From NCBI GenBank assembly GCA_030593075.1, contig JAUVHW010000001.1, positions 1-58,388 on the forward strand: DNA of 58,388 nucleotides. The letters run 5' to 3'. Source of the stretch: Ardenticatenales bacterium. Lineage in GTDB: Bacteria > Chloroflexota > Anaerolineae > Promineifilales > UBA4811. The notes under the pieces were generated by a model that was not told the origin of the DNA, searched no databases, and saw only the letters and a list, made by a program, of their open reading frames with translations. The translations under genes and the position numbers were made by a program. Below are positions 23,701 to 30,217 of this stretch, in pieces; the stretch's first letter is position 1, and every line of letters starts with the position of its first letter.

Positions 23701-26377
23701 CAACCTCATCAGGTTTCTTGTCTGTCTCCTCCGAGCTTGGCTCAGGCTCTTCGGGAATACCGTGCCGGCGGACGATGTCGCCGAGCCAGTCCGTCTCCAT
23801 GACCGGCTGAGCCGTGGCCTCTTTCGGCGGGGCCTCCCTCCGCGAGGGCCAGGCGAGCTGGTCGGGTGTCTCGGCGGGCCCGGGCTTGGTTCCGGCTGGA
23901 GGGGCTGGTGCCTCCGGGACAGTCTCCAGAGCAGTGCTGGAGTCTCGGGGGCGGCGCTTGCGTGGCTCGGGGAGTTTGTGCCGGCGCGCGATGTCGCCAA
24001 GCCAGTCGGTCCCCATGGCTGGTCGAGCCTTGAACTCTTTTGGCGGGACCTCCCCTAGCAAAGGCTCGGCGAGTTGGTCCGGGCCCTCGGCGGGCTCAGC
24101 ACTGGCCTCAGCCAGGGATTCCTCCGATATCGCCTCGGCTGGCGGAATCTCTGCGAGCGGTGGCTGCTCAGCAGGTGCATCCTCTATGTCGCCCGGCTCT
24201 ATCTCGGCCTTTGCCTCTACTTCCTCAATCATGGGTTCCGGGGGTGTCATCTCCCTCGGCTGCTCCGGCGCCTCGACCGTCTCGGGCTTGGGACCTGCCG
24301 CTTGGCTCTGGGCCTCCGTGGGCAGCCCCTCGGGCAGGACGATCTGCGCAAGCCACTCGGGCGCCTCAGCAGGGCTGACCTCGGTCTCCTCAGGCTGCGC
24401 CCTGGCCTCGGGCGATACAGCTTCCAGTGGAGCAATGTCTTCCAGCTTTTCTGGCGTCTCGGCGGGCTCGGCCTCGGTGGCAGCGGGCTTGCCCTGGACC
24501 TCGACGGGCATGGCCTCCGCAGCCAGTTCGGGCGCCTCCGCGGGCCCGACCTCGGCCTCGCCTGGCTGCGTCTCAGGTGCGGCGTCCGCCGGAGCAATCT
24601 CCTGAGGTGGTGCTGGTGCCTCGACGGGCTCGGCCTCAACGATCTCTGGAACTGCTCCTGAGGGTTCGGCCTCCGCAAAGGCTTCCGAGACGTCCTCAAC
24701 CACGGCTTCCACTGGGCGGGCCTCTGTCTCGACCTCGGCGGCCGATGGCTCGGCTGTTTCTGGCACCGTGATTTCTCGCAGCCACTCTGGTGCCTCATCG
24801 AGCTTGGTCTCGGCGGCGCTGGGCTCTGGTACCTGCTGCACGGCTTCAGCGGGCGCGGCTGTCTCGAGTGATTCTTGCTCCTCAGGCGGCTCGATCTGGA
24901 CCACCGGAGGCTGTGCAGCTTCTGCCGCACCTTCTGCCGCACCTTCTGCAGCCGTAATTCCCTGCAGCCAGCCGGCCACCTGACCAGGTTCGATTTCGGC
25001 GGCCGGAGGCGCCGGAGCCTCCAAGTCAGTTTTCCCGGCCGTGATCCCATCCAGCCAACTGGGCGCCTCGCTGCCCTGTGTCCCAGCCTGAATCGCGGTT
25101 TGGTCAGAACCGGCCTCTGGAGGAGCGGCCAGCGCTTCCGGCGCAGGTCCCAGCTTGTCCAGCCATGATGGCAATCCCCCAGGGCCGGCTGCTGGTTGCT
25201 CCATCGCCGCTCCCTCAAGCCACTCCATCAGCTCGCCGGTCTTGGCTGCTGTAGGGCCCGCAGGGGGCTCAGGTCTCTCTGGGGTCAAGTCCCGCGGCGC
25301 CATATCTTGGAGCCAGTCCGGTAGCTCGCCGGGTTCTACGGAGACGTCCCCCGTTGGTGACAGGCTGTCGGGCGCGGCTTGCTCGACCCATCCGCGCAGT
25401 TCGCTGATTTCAACCTTGTCCTGGCGCGGCGCAACTTCATCGACCCATCCCGTCAGCTCGCCGGTCTCGAGCTTGCCCTTGCGTACCTCGACGGGTGGAG
25501 GCTGTGGCTCGACCTCGGTGGCGGCCGGCTCGGCTTCTTCCGCCAGGGGTTCGTGCTCGGCTTCCGCGACTGCAATCTCCAGGTCGGCTGGGAACTCGAG
25601 CGCACCTTCGTGTGGCGCGACCTCGTCGATCCACGCTCGCAGTTCGCCGGTGAGGATCCTACCCTTGCCGATGTCGGGTGAGGAGGGAGCCTCCTCCTGG
25701 GATAGTTCCCGCAGCCATTGGGGTGTCTTCTGGTCGCTGTCTGCTTCTTGCTGGGTGGGACCATCCTCCCGTGCGGCCATCAGGTCGGGTGAGAGGTTGA
25801 CCAGCCAGTCCGGCACCTCGTCCTGGGCGGCTCCCGCTGAGCCCGCCTTGTCTGTTGCGCTTGGCGCTCTAGGTGCTTCTCCGGCGGGTGTGGGGATCTG
25901 CCGAGGCGGCGCTGTTGGCTGGCCCACACCTTCGCGGGGGGTGGCGCTTGCCTTTGCTATCCCGGGCGGTTCCGGCGTTTCGCGGAATCGGCTCAACGTA
26001 TCCTCGTCCGCCAGGGGCCCCGTTGTCCACGGCCCCGGTGTGGGCTTTGCTGGCGCTGCTGAGCTGGCTTCAGACAGGCCCGGCTGCAGGTCGGCCAGCC
26101 ACTCGGGCATGTCAGCAGCGGGCGATGGCTCTCTACTGGGCAGCGAGAGGCCGCGCACCGAACTCTCTTGGGCGTTCCGGTCTTGGGCCGGGCTACGTCC
26201 AGCTATTGGGATCATCCTGGCGCCGCATTCGTCACAGAAGACGTTGCTGAATGGGTTCATTGCGCCGCATGAAGGGCATCGTCCTGCCGTGTCAGGGGCT
26301 AGCTTCTCCCCGCAAGAGCCGCAGAACCTACTGCCCTCGCTGATGGGGCTTGCGCACTTGGGGCAACGCTGTGCCAT
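17720..26377 (-). CDS. giant (2885-aa) double-zinc-ribbon protein with an acidic Trp-motif repeat array and a C-terminal TM-loop-TM membrane module
   Basis: Uninterrupted 8.6-kb ORF. The N-terminus has two CxxC-N10-CxxC knuckle pairs (CPKC..CGSC, CPSC..CDEC). About 2500 aa are E/A/P-rich repeats. The last 286 aa (17723-18580) contain IEQVVIAVVVLLAVLLPVIL, a loop of about 235 aa, and ALGIGVAVLLSVIGLIWGSVAGLV. Confidence 0.9.
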   Translation of the reverse strand: MAQRCPKCASPISEGSRFCGSCGEKLAPDTAGRCPSCGAMNPFSNVFCDECGARMIPIAGRSPAQDRNAQESSVRGLSLPSREPSPAADMPEWLADLQPGLSEASSAAPAKPTPGPWTTGPLADEDTLSRFRETPEPPGIAKASATPREGVGQPTAPPRQIPTPAGEAPRAPSATDKAGSAGAAQDEVPDWLVNLSPDLMAAREDGPTQQEADSDQKTPQWLRELSQEEAPSSPDIGKGRILTGELRAWIDEVAPHEGALEFPADLEIAVAEAEHEPLAEEAEPAATEVEPQPPPVEVRKGKLETGELTGWVDEVAPRQDKVEISELRGWVEQAAPDSLSPTGDVSVEPGELPDWLQDMAPRDLTPERPEPPAGPTAAKTGELMEWLEGAAMEQPAAGPGGLPSWLDKLGPAPEALAAPPEAGSDQTAIQAGTQGSEAPSWLDGITAGKTDLEAPAPPAAEIEPGQVAGWLQGITAAEGAAEGAAEAAQPPVVQIEPPEEQESLETAAPAEAVQQVPEPSAAETKLDEAPEWLREITVPETAEPSAAEVETEARPVEAVVEDVSEAFAEAEPSGAVPEIVEAEPVEAPAPPQEIAPADAAPETQPGEAEVGPAEAPELAAEAMPVEVQGKPAATEAEPAETPEKLEDIAPLEAVSPEARAQPEETEVSPAEAPEWLAQIVLPEGLPTEAQSQAAGPKPETVEAPEQPREMTPPEPMIEEVEAKAEIEPGDIEDAPAEQPPLAEIPPAEAISEESLAEASAEPAEGPDQLAEPLLGEVPPKEFKARPAMGTDWLGDIARRHKLPEPRKRRPRDSSTALETVPEAPAPPAGTKPGPAETPDQLAWPSRREAPPKEATAQPVMETDWLGDIVRRHGIPEEPEPSSEETDKKPDEVGVRAAPPGQTDWLGDIVRQHGIPEEPEPSSEETDEKPDEVGVRAVPPGQTGWLNDIVRRHGVSTEEAKPPTAGPEEQVTEIRVKPKGKTGWLGEIMRRHAVPTESAEPAVEARAEPSEVPQPAEGIAAPEAAKAEAEGEVAVEVETGLAEAAEQMEQAAPRESTEAEDRRAEAPEPVEKAAVVEAEAEPAAEVEVEPPGALEPAKDVVPSEVAEAVTEPGEVPDWLAALAPGQAVSEEPPAVEAEPEPTAAQEPAEETTPEVGPLSGVGRGEIDTDELLAWVDQVGPQRDLTETPEVLAIEAEQVEIEPGELPHWLEDYAPRPAAPEAAEPAEQVAQPEDVKAPAAAEVEAEPPEALQPAEEAAPEAAEAVAEPGEIPDWLAALAPGQAVSEEPPAVEAEPEPTGTQEPAEETTPEVQPLSGVGKGEIDTGELLAWVDQVGPKEEVTELPDGLAIAVDEAGAEPAQLPDWLEDSAPRPAAPEAAEPAEQVAQPEDVKAPAAAEAEAEPPEALQPVEEAAPEAAEAVAAPGEVPDWLAALGPGQAVSAEEEAPPEAQVLAAAEAEVEPPEALQPAEEAPEDAAEAVAEPSAEPGEVPDWLAALAPGQAVSEEPPAVEAEPEPTGAEEPAEETAPEVEPLIGVGRGEIDTTELLAWVDQAEPQDVVTEMPEGLAIGAEAVEIEPGELPDWLEGFAPREAAPEAPEPIKQAAGPAAAGEPAASEAAPELAEAPPLEQPGQEMPTPPEFGAGRLVTGELRAWVDEIAPQEDTLQALEDLTAPVPEAEVTEAFVELDQVEPEKPSPLEPGKGRVLTSEPRAFVDEIAPQEGIAEAPADLTMPAAEGVAEAGEVPDWLTALAPGQAVPKEPTAVELEGVVAPGEVPDWLAALAPGQAVSDEPPAAEVEAEPTGTQERLEQVVAEVEPLIGVGRGEVDTGEMIAWVDQAGPQADMAEMPEGMAIAAGDDGLAPGAIPDWLEEFAPRQAATDAAEEVGPAEAVGAPAVAQVPAEPARTLEPAKEAVPPQAAEGVAEPGEGPDWLAALAPGEAVSEEPPAAEVEDEPTGTQEPLEQVVAEVEPLNGVGRGEVDTSELLAWVEQVSPEEGMPEAPEGLTIPAGDELPPAELPSWLEEFAPRGITSAAPVPDAQIAPSEAPEGVQPAQPDIPPLFGVGRGDIDTGEIIAWVDQVAPTDDEQQGPPDLAAPAQDGQIEPGTVPDWLAEFAPRKSAPETPALDAGGEPAAPPPPSGGVESQISPLFGVGRGDIDTGQLLDWVDQVAPEEESLQAPAGWAPSATEAEIEPGEVPDWLREFAPQPAISQAPGAPSTGAVIGLEELPEQFGEGGPSEAVLERPEDLLPPSTGAVIGLEELPERFEEARPTEAVQERLDEVGPPAGEEVSEFDKLADWLQEVTPDDGTLEMPDRALLDLLPPSDTGADRVQLTSQPAAEESRAPSPTPAEAEALSDWLDTIAPPPAKEPTPSEKRKATDGLVPPELPDWLAGDSDSSAAAEFAEWLAEQEGGGDSPPAADALLAPYVARQPEPDASAVWKSSQESSAPRPDVSTQAPRLQPADVRETEARDWLQPEPDATVEPEVVDWLRPSGAPARLGELAEEDLAPEEGLELSQAVVPDWLEALKTDETEAGEPEPEEPAGPLVGVRGALPADLAIPAHPLREAAQELAVTEHERRHAQVLEQIVHAGPAARREMSPPSGPQGWIEQVVIAVVVLLAVLLPVILGNPLPTASGQPAIADQIRSAHDVLANLPDEALALVAFEYSPATAGELGSISSTMVGHLMDRRARILTVSTKPAGPQTAQSLMQELADDYGYAYGQDYLNLGYIPGGAVGVQAFAANPWKVFPANDYLGSGLARVAPAAGGLTNTLADVDLVLVLAAARDDLTGWIEQTRRLPGMEAVPIVTGVSAGLEPWALPYYQNDPRQLEGIVAGVSGAARYGAGGEQPQQGNAASLNDSQALGIGVAVLLSVIGLIWGSVAGLVGRPHHG
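20300..23100 (-). repeat. intragenic super-repeat array, about 465-bp period, inside the giant ORF
   Basis: Six or more units encode ...GEVPDWLAALAPGQAVSEEPPAVEAEPEPTG...GVGRGEIDTGELLAWVDQ...EPGELPDWLE.FAPR.... The youngest pair, 22120-22294 vs 22585-22759, differs at 3 of 175 nt by manual alignment. Confidence 0.8.
23400..24015 (-). repeat. five basic DWLGDIVRRHG(I/V)P modules; the central copies are on a 120-bp period
   Basis: GTDWLGDIARRHKLP, ETDWLGDIVRRHGIP, QTDWLGDIVRQHGIP, QTGWLNDIVRRHGVS and KTGWLGEIMRRHAVP. The sequence starting at 23521, 23641 and 23761 aligns almost base for base. Confidence 0.8.
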
Positions 26378-26380
26378 GGG

Positions 26381-28429
26381 CTAGAACTCCCGCGCGCTCC
26401 CGGCTTCGTCGGGACCGGCGTCTGCAAGGGGGGCCGGCACTTCCGGCGCAGCTCTGTTGGGTCTTAGTTTGTCGAGCCAGGAGGGCAGACCACCAGTGTC
26501 GGCTGCGGGCTCCTCCGCCGCTGCTTGATCGAGCCACTCCATTAACATTCCCGTCTTGGCTGCGGCCGCCGGACTCATAGGCTCAGTTTCCTGGGGCGGC
26601 GCCATTTCTTGGATCCAGTCGGGTACCTCGCCGCGTTCTACTGTGGCGCCCCCCGCTGCTGCCTGCTCAACCCATCCGCGCAGTTCTCCAGTCTCGACCT
26701 CGTCCTGGCGCGGTGCGATTTGGTCGAGCCATCCAGTGAGTTCACCGGTCTCGACCTTGCCCTTATGCACCTCGGGCGCTGGAGGCTGTGGCTTGACATC
26801 AACGGCCGGCTCGGGTTCTTCCGTGACCGGAATCTCCAGGTGCGCCGGGGAACCGAGATCAGCTTCGTGGGGCGCGACTTCGTTGATCCACGAGCGCAGT
26901 TCGCCGGCGGGGATTCTGGCCTTGCCTGTGTCCGCCGAGGGTGGGGTCTTCTTGGAAGGTTCCTGCAGCCACTGAGGTGGTTCCTTGTCGCTCTCTGCTT
27001 CTCGTTGGGGCGGTCCCCCCTCCCGTGCAGCCTGTAGGTCGGGCGCGAGACTGACCTGCCACCTGGGCACCTCGTCCTGGGTGCCTGCCCTAGCAGGCTC
27101 CTCTGACGCTGCTTCCTCGAGCCACTCCATTGACATGTCGGTCTTGGCTGCGGCCGCCTCAGTCGGAGGCTCGGACCTGGCCGCCGGCGCTATTTCTTGG
27201 ATCCAGTCGGGTACCAAGCCGGGTTCAAGTGCGGGGTCCCCCAAAGCCGCCGAGCTGTCGGGCGCGCCCTTCTCAACCCACTCGCGCAGTTCTCCGGTCG
27301 CAACTCTGTCCTGGCGCGGTGCGATTTGGTCGAGCCATCCAGTGAGTTCGCCGGTCTCGACCCTGCCCTTGTGTACCTCGGCGGGTGGAGGCGGCGGCTT
27401 GACGTCCACTGCCGGCTTGGGTTGTTCGGCGACTGGAATCGCCAGGTTTGCCGGGAGATCGAGCTCAGCCTCGGTTAGTGCAACCTCGTCGATCCATGAC
27501 TGTGATTCGCCGGTGCTGATTCTGCTCTGGCGTGTGTCCGCTGAGGGTAGCGCCTCCTGGGAAGGCTCTTGCAGCCACTGAGGTGGTCCCTGCTCGCTGT
27601 CTGCTTCTCGTTGGGGCGGTCCGCCTTCGTTTGCAGAATCCAGATCGGGTGGCAGATCGGCCCGCCCCCTGTGCGCCTCGCCCTGGACGCCTGCCGGTGC
27701 AGGCTCCTCCACCGCGGGTTCATTGAGCCACTTCCTTAGCCCGCTGGTCTTGACCGCTGCATCTCCCGCCGCGGGATCGGATGTCGCCGGCGATGCCACT
27801 TCCTGGAGCCAACCGGGTACCTCCTCGGATTCGGGGGCGGTGTCCCCGCATGCCGCCGAGCTGTCGGGCGCGCCCTTCTCAACCCACTCGCGCAGTTCTC
27901 CGGTCGAGACTCTGTCCTGGCGCGGTGCGACTTCGTCGAGCCATCCAGTGAGTTCGCCGGTCTCGAGCTTGCCCTTGCGGACCTCGGCGGGTGAGGGACT
28001 CGCTTCCGCTGGCGCTGACGGCCCTGACATTTCACGGAGCCGGCGAATTGTGTCCTCGTCGGCCAGGGGGCCCGTTGTCCACGGCGTCGGCGTGGGCGTT
28101 CCTGGAGCTGCCAAGCTGGCCTCAGTCAGGCCTGGCTGCAGCTGGGCCAGCCAGTCGGGTATGTCGCCATCAGGCGTGGCTTCTTTACTAGGCAGAGAGA
28201 GGCCGCGAACCGAACTCTCTTGGGCTTCCTCGCCTGGAGCCGGGCCAGGTCCAGCTATTGAGATCATCCTGGCGCCGCAGTCATCACAGAAGACGTTATT
28301 GAATGGGTTCATGGCGCCGCATTTGGGGCATCGTCCTGTCGTGTCAGGGGTCAACTTCTGGCCGCAGGAGGGGCAGAACCTGTTGCCGTCGCTGACGGGG
28401 TTTGCGCACTTGGGGCAGCGTTGCGCCAT
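26381..28429 (-). CDS. 682-aa paralog of the giant protein: double zinc ribbon plus three Trp-motif super-repeats, no membrane module
   Basis: 48 of the first 60 residues are identical to the giant protein by manual alignment (MAQRCPKCA.P.S.G.RFC.SCG.KL.PDT.GRCP.CGAMNPF.NVFCD.CGARM). The rest is KGK(L/V)ETGELTGWLD..APRQD.V.TGELR.WVE..., VPDWIQE and PPQWLQEP. Confidence 0.9.
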   Translation of the reverse strand: MAQRCPKCANPVSDGNRFCPSCGQKLTPDTTGRCPKCGAMNPFNNVFCDDCGARMISIAGPGPAPGEEAQESSVRGLSLPSKEATPDGDIPDWLAQLQPGLTEASLAAPGTPTPTPWTTGPLADEDTIRRLREMSGPSAPAEASPSPAEVRKGKLETGELTGWLDEVAPRQDRVSTGELREWVEKGAPDSSAACGDTAPESEEVPGWLQEVASPATSDPAAGDAAVKTSGLRKWLNEPAVEEPAPAGVQGEAHRGRADLPPDLDSANEGGPPQREADSEQGPPQWLQEPSQEALPSADTRQSRISTGESQSWIDEVALTEAELDLPANLAIPVAEQPKPAVDVKPPPPPAEVHKGRVETGELTGWLDQIAPRQDRVATGELREWVEKGAPDSSAALGDPALEPGLVPDWIQEIAPAARSEPPTEAAAAKTDMSMEWLEEAASEEPARAGTQDEVPRWQVSLAPDLQAAREGGPPQREAESDKEPPQWLQEPSKKTPPSADTGKARIPAGELRSWINEVAPHEADLGSPAHLEIPVTEEPEPAVDVKPQPPAPEVHKGKVETGELTGWLDQIAPRQDEVETGELRGWVEQAAAGGATVERGEVPDWIQEMAPPQETEPMSPAAAAKTGMLMEWLDQAAAEEPAADTGGLPSWLDKLRPNRAAPEVPAPLADAGPDEAGSAREF
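26600..28000 (-). repeat. three ~605-bp (about 200-codon) tandem repeats inside the 682-aa ORF
   Basis: The K-G-[KR]-[LV]-E-T-G-E-L-T-G-W-L-D coding block recurs near 26750, 27355 and 27965. One copy of the same block occurs in the giant gene near 25470. Confidence 0.75.
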
Positions 28430-28432
28430 GGG

Positions 28433-29056
28433 TTATAGATCCCGCTCGCTGTGCGGCTGGTCAATCCCAACCAACACCCGTATGCCGGCTGCAATGGTGC
28501 CCAGTGCGACGCCCAGCAGCATACCCCGGGCTCCGGCCGCGGAAAAGACGTGGACCAGCCAGCAACGCACGTCGCCCGCTACCTGGGCCACCTCACCGGG
28601 CAGTGGCAGCGCAGCCAGGAGAACGAGGATGATGGTACCCACGAAAACAGAGGTGGGAAGCGAAGGTCGTTTTCGCATAGCGCGGAACGCGGCCGAGACC
28701 AGAAAAACGGCGAGCAGCGAGGCTGTCGCTGCCTCCAGCGGTGCCAGCACGAAACGAAACACCCAAGTAACACCCGCTCCGCTTGGCCCTTGGTGTTCAG
28801 CAGCGGCAACTGCTATCACAACTACAAACGAAAAGAGGAGGGCGGTGCTGTAGGGCCAGTCTCGTTCTTGGCTTACAATGCGGCGCCCGTGAACGACCAG
28901 CAAGTTGACGACGCCCAACACAAACGCCGCGGCCGCCAACGCGGCCGCCCAACGGACGAAGAGAAGATGGACCCGGAATCCCGGGCCGACGAAATACCCG
29001 AGCAGCGTTGCCCCGCCTGACGCGACGGCAACCACTGTGGGGACACGCTGCCTCAC
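28433..29056 (-). CDS. polytopic integral membrane protein, unknown family
   Basis: Five to six hydrophobic helices. Only 3 nt separate it from the downstream zinc-ribbon gene. Confidence 0.8.
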   Translation of the reverse strand: MRQRVPTVVAVASGGATLLGYFVGPGFRVHLLFVRWAAALAAAAFVLGVVNLLVVHGRRIVSQERDWPYSTALLFSFVVVIAVAAAEHQGPSGAGVTWVFRFVLAPLEAATASLLAVFLVSAAFRAMRKRPSLPTSVFVGTIILVLLAALPLPGEVAQVAGDVRCWLVHVFSAAGARGMLLGVALGTIAAGIRVLVGIDQPHSERDL

Positions 29057-29069
29057 AACTTGCTCCTGC

Positions 29070-29822
29070 CTAGAACAGCGACACTCCCAACGTGCGCAGC
29101 AGCGCGGCCACCAGGATCAGCGCCACGACGCCGAACCGCACTGCATCTTGTGCTTGCAGACTCGCCAGCAGGGCGGGCTTTCGGCTTAGGTAGGCCGGCA
29201 CTGCATACACCTCTTCTCCTATCAGCGGCGCGTCGGAAACTGCGAAAAGCATGGCCATAGCCTGCGGGTCGTCGGTGCCTGCTATTTGCGTGATGCCGCT
29301 CTGTGCGGCGGGGTGAGCCAGCAGCAAGGCCTCAGGGCCAAAAGAGCCAATCATCACGTTGACGGCTGTTTCCTCCGGCCGCATGTGGGTCGAAGCGCCC
29401 AACGCGTAGATGGTCGGTTGTGGGGCTACCATCTCGACCTGTGCGGAATCGAACTCGTGCAGTAGGTCGCTGTGGGCACAAGCCTGGCGTAAGCTGTCTT
29501 GTGCCGCTGCCATCACCAGCGGATCGGCGGCCGTTACCAGCGGCGGTGCACCAGCCGAGCATGCTTGCTTCCCCACATGGTCTAGCGCAGCGAGCCCCGC
29601 CAGTGTCGTCGCTGTCGTCGAGTCGGTGAGGGCGCCTGTTCCCAGCGAGACGTGTATTCTCTTTCCTGTCTCCACCGCCCCACCCACCACGTAGGGCAGG
29701 TTGTCGAGCGCCTGGATGCGACGCACGTGGACCTGGTGGCCTTCTTTGATCCTCTGCGCGAGAAAGAGGATCAGTGCTAGCATCGAAAGGACCGCAAATG
29801 CACCCAATATCAGAGTAGCCAC
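29070..29822 (-). CDS. bitopic membrane protein (N- and C-terminal TM helices flanking a ~190-aa domain), unknown family
   Basis: TLILGAFAVLSMLALILFLA at the N-terminus and FGVVALILVAALLRTLGV at the C-terminus. The GTG start overlaps the upstream stop (TAGTG). Confidence 0.8.
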   Translation of the reverse strand: MATLILGAFAVLSMLALILFLAQRIKEGHQVHVRRIQALDNLPYVVGGAVETGKRIHVSLGTGALTDSTTATTLAGLAALDHVGKQACSAGAPPLVTAADPLVMAAAQDSLRQACAHSDLLHEFDSAQVEMVAPQPTIYALGASTHMRPEETAVNVMIGSFGPEALLLAHPAAQSGITQIAGTDDPQAMAMLFAVSDAPLIGEEVYAVPAYLSRKPALLASLQAQDAVRFGVVALILVAALLRTLGVSLF

Positions 29823-30073
29823 TAGCGCTCATCCAATCGTGTTTGGAGCAGATCTAGCGCCTCGGGTTGCTCCAGCAGGCGCGCGTATTCGCTGACCTGA
29901 TCGGCGCCGGCGATCAGGCTGAGCGCCGGTTGGGCTACCCAAAGCAGCTGGCCGCCAATCAGCGCAAGGGGACGCGCAGCATCCAGAAGGGTGCTGGTCA
30001 CGCCAGCGACACCCCACCGGCGGACGCGTTCCACAATCTGGTCCACCAACTCTATCTGCCGGCTCTCGTCCAT
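29822..30073 (-). CDS. small (83-aa) hypothetical protein, first gene of the large operon
   Basis: ATG at 30073 (codon 41 of ORF 29822..30193). The longer ORF would start upstream of the predicted -35/-10 elements (30152-30180), so the shorter form is preferred. It contains a hydrophobic stretch, LALIGGQLLWVAQPALSLIAGA. Confidence 0.55.
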   Translation of the reverse strand: MDESRQIELVDQIVERVRRWGVAGVTSTLLDAARPLALIGGQLLWVAQPALSLIAGADQVSEYARLLEQPEALDLLQTRLDER

Positions 30074-30151
30074 TGTCGTGTCAGTCCAGTCGGCGGGCAG
30101 CTGCTGCTGCCCGCCGTGCACACCTACCGTTGACCTTGGACTGATGCTAGT

Positions 30152-30180
30152 ATTGTAATCTGTCTGAGAACAGCGGTCAA
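30152..30180 (-). promoter_or_regulatory. near-consensus sigma70-type promoter of the 16-kb minus-strand operon
   Basis: Minus strand: TTGACC (30180-30175), 17-nt spacer, TACAAT (30157-30152), in the only AT-rich island of this region. Confidence 0.5.
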
Positions 30181-30217
30181 ACGAGCGGTCCAACTTGACG
30201 TAACACAGTATATCATG

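Noticed and set aside
20300-24015. Highly regular DNA repeats that could be mistaken for a CRISPR array or a satellite.
   Set aside because: The periods are 465 bp and 120 bp, far longer than CRISPR repeat-spacer units. All are multiples of three and lie inside one uninterrupted ORF. There are no unique spacers and no cas genes.
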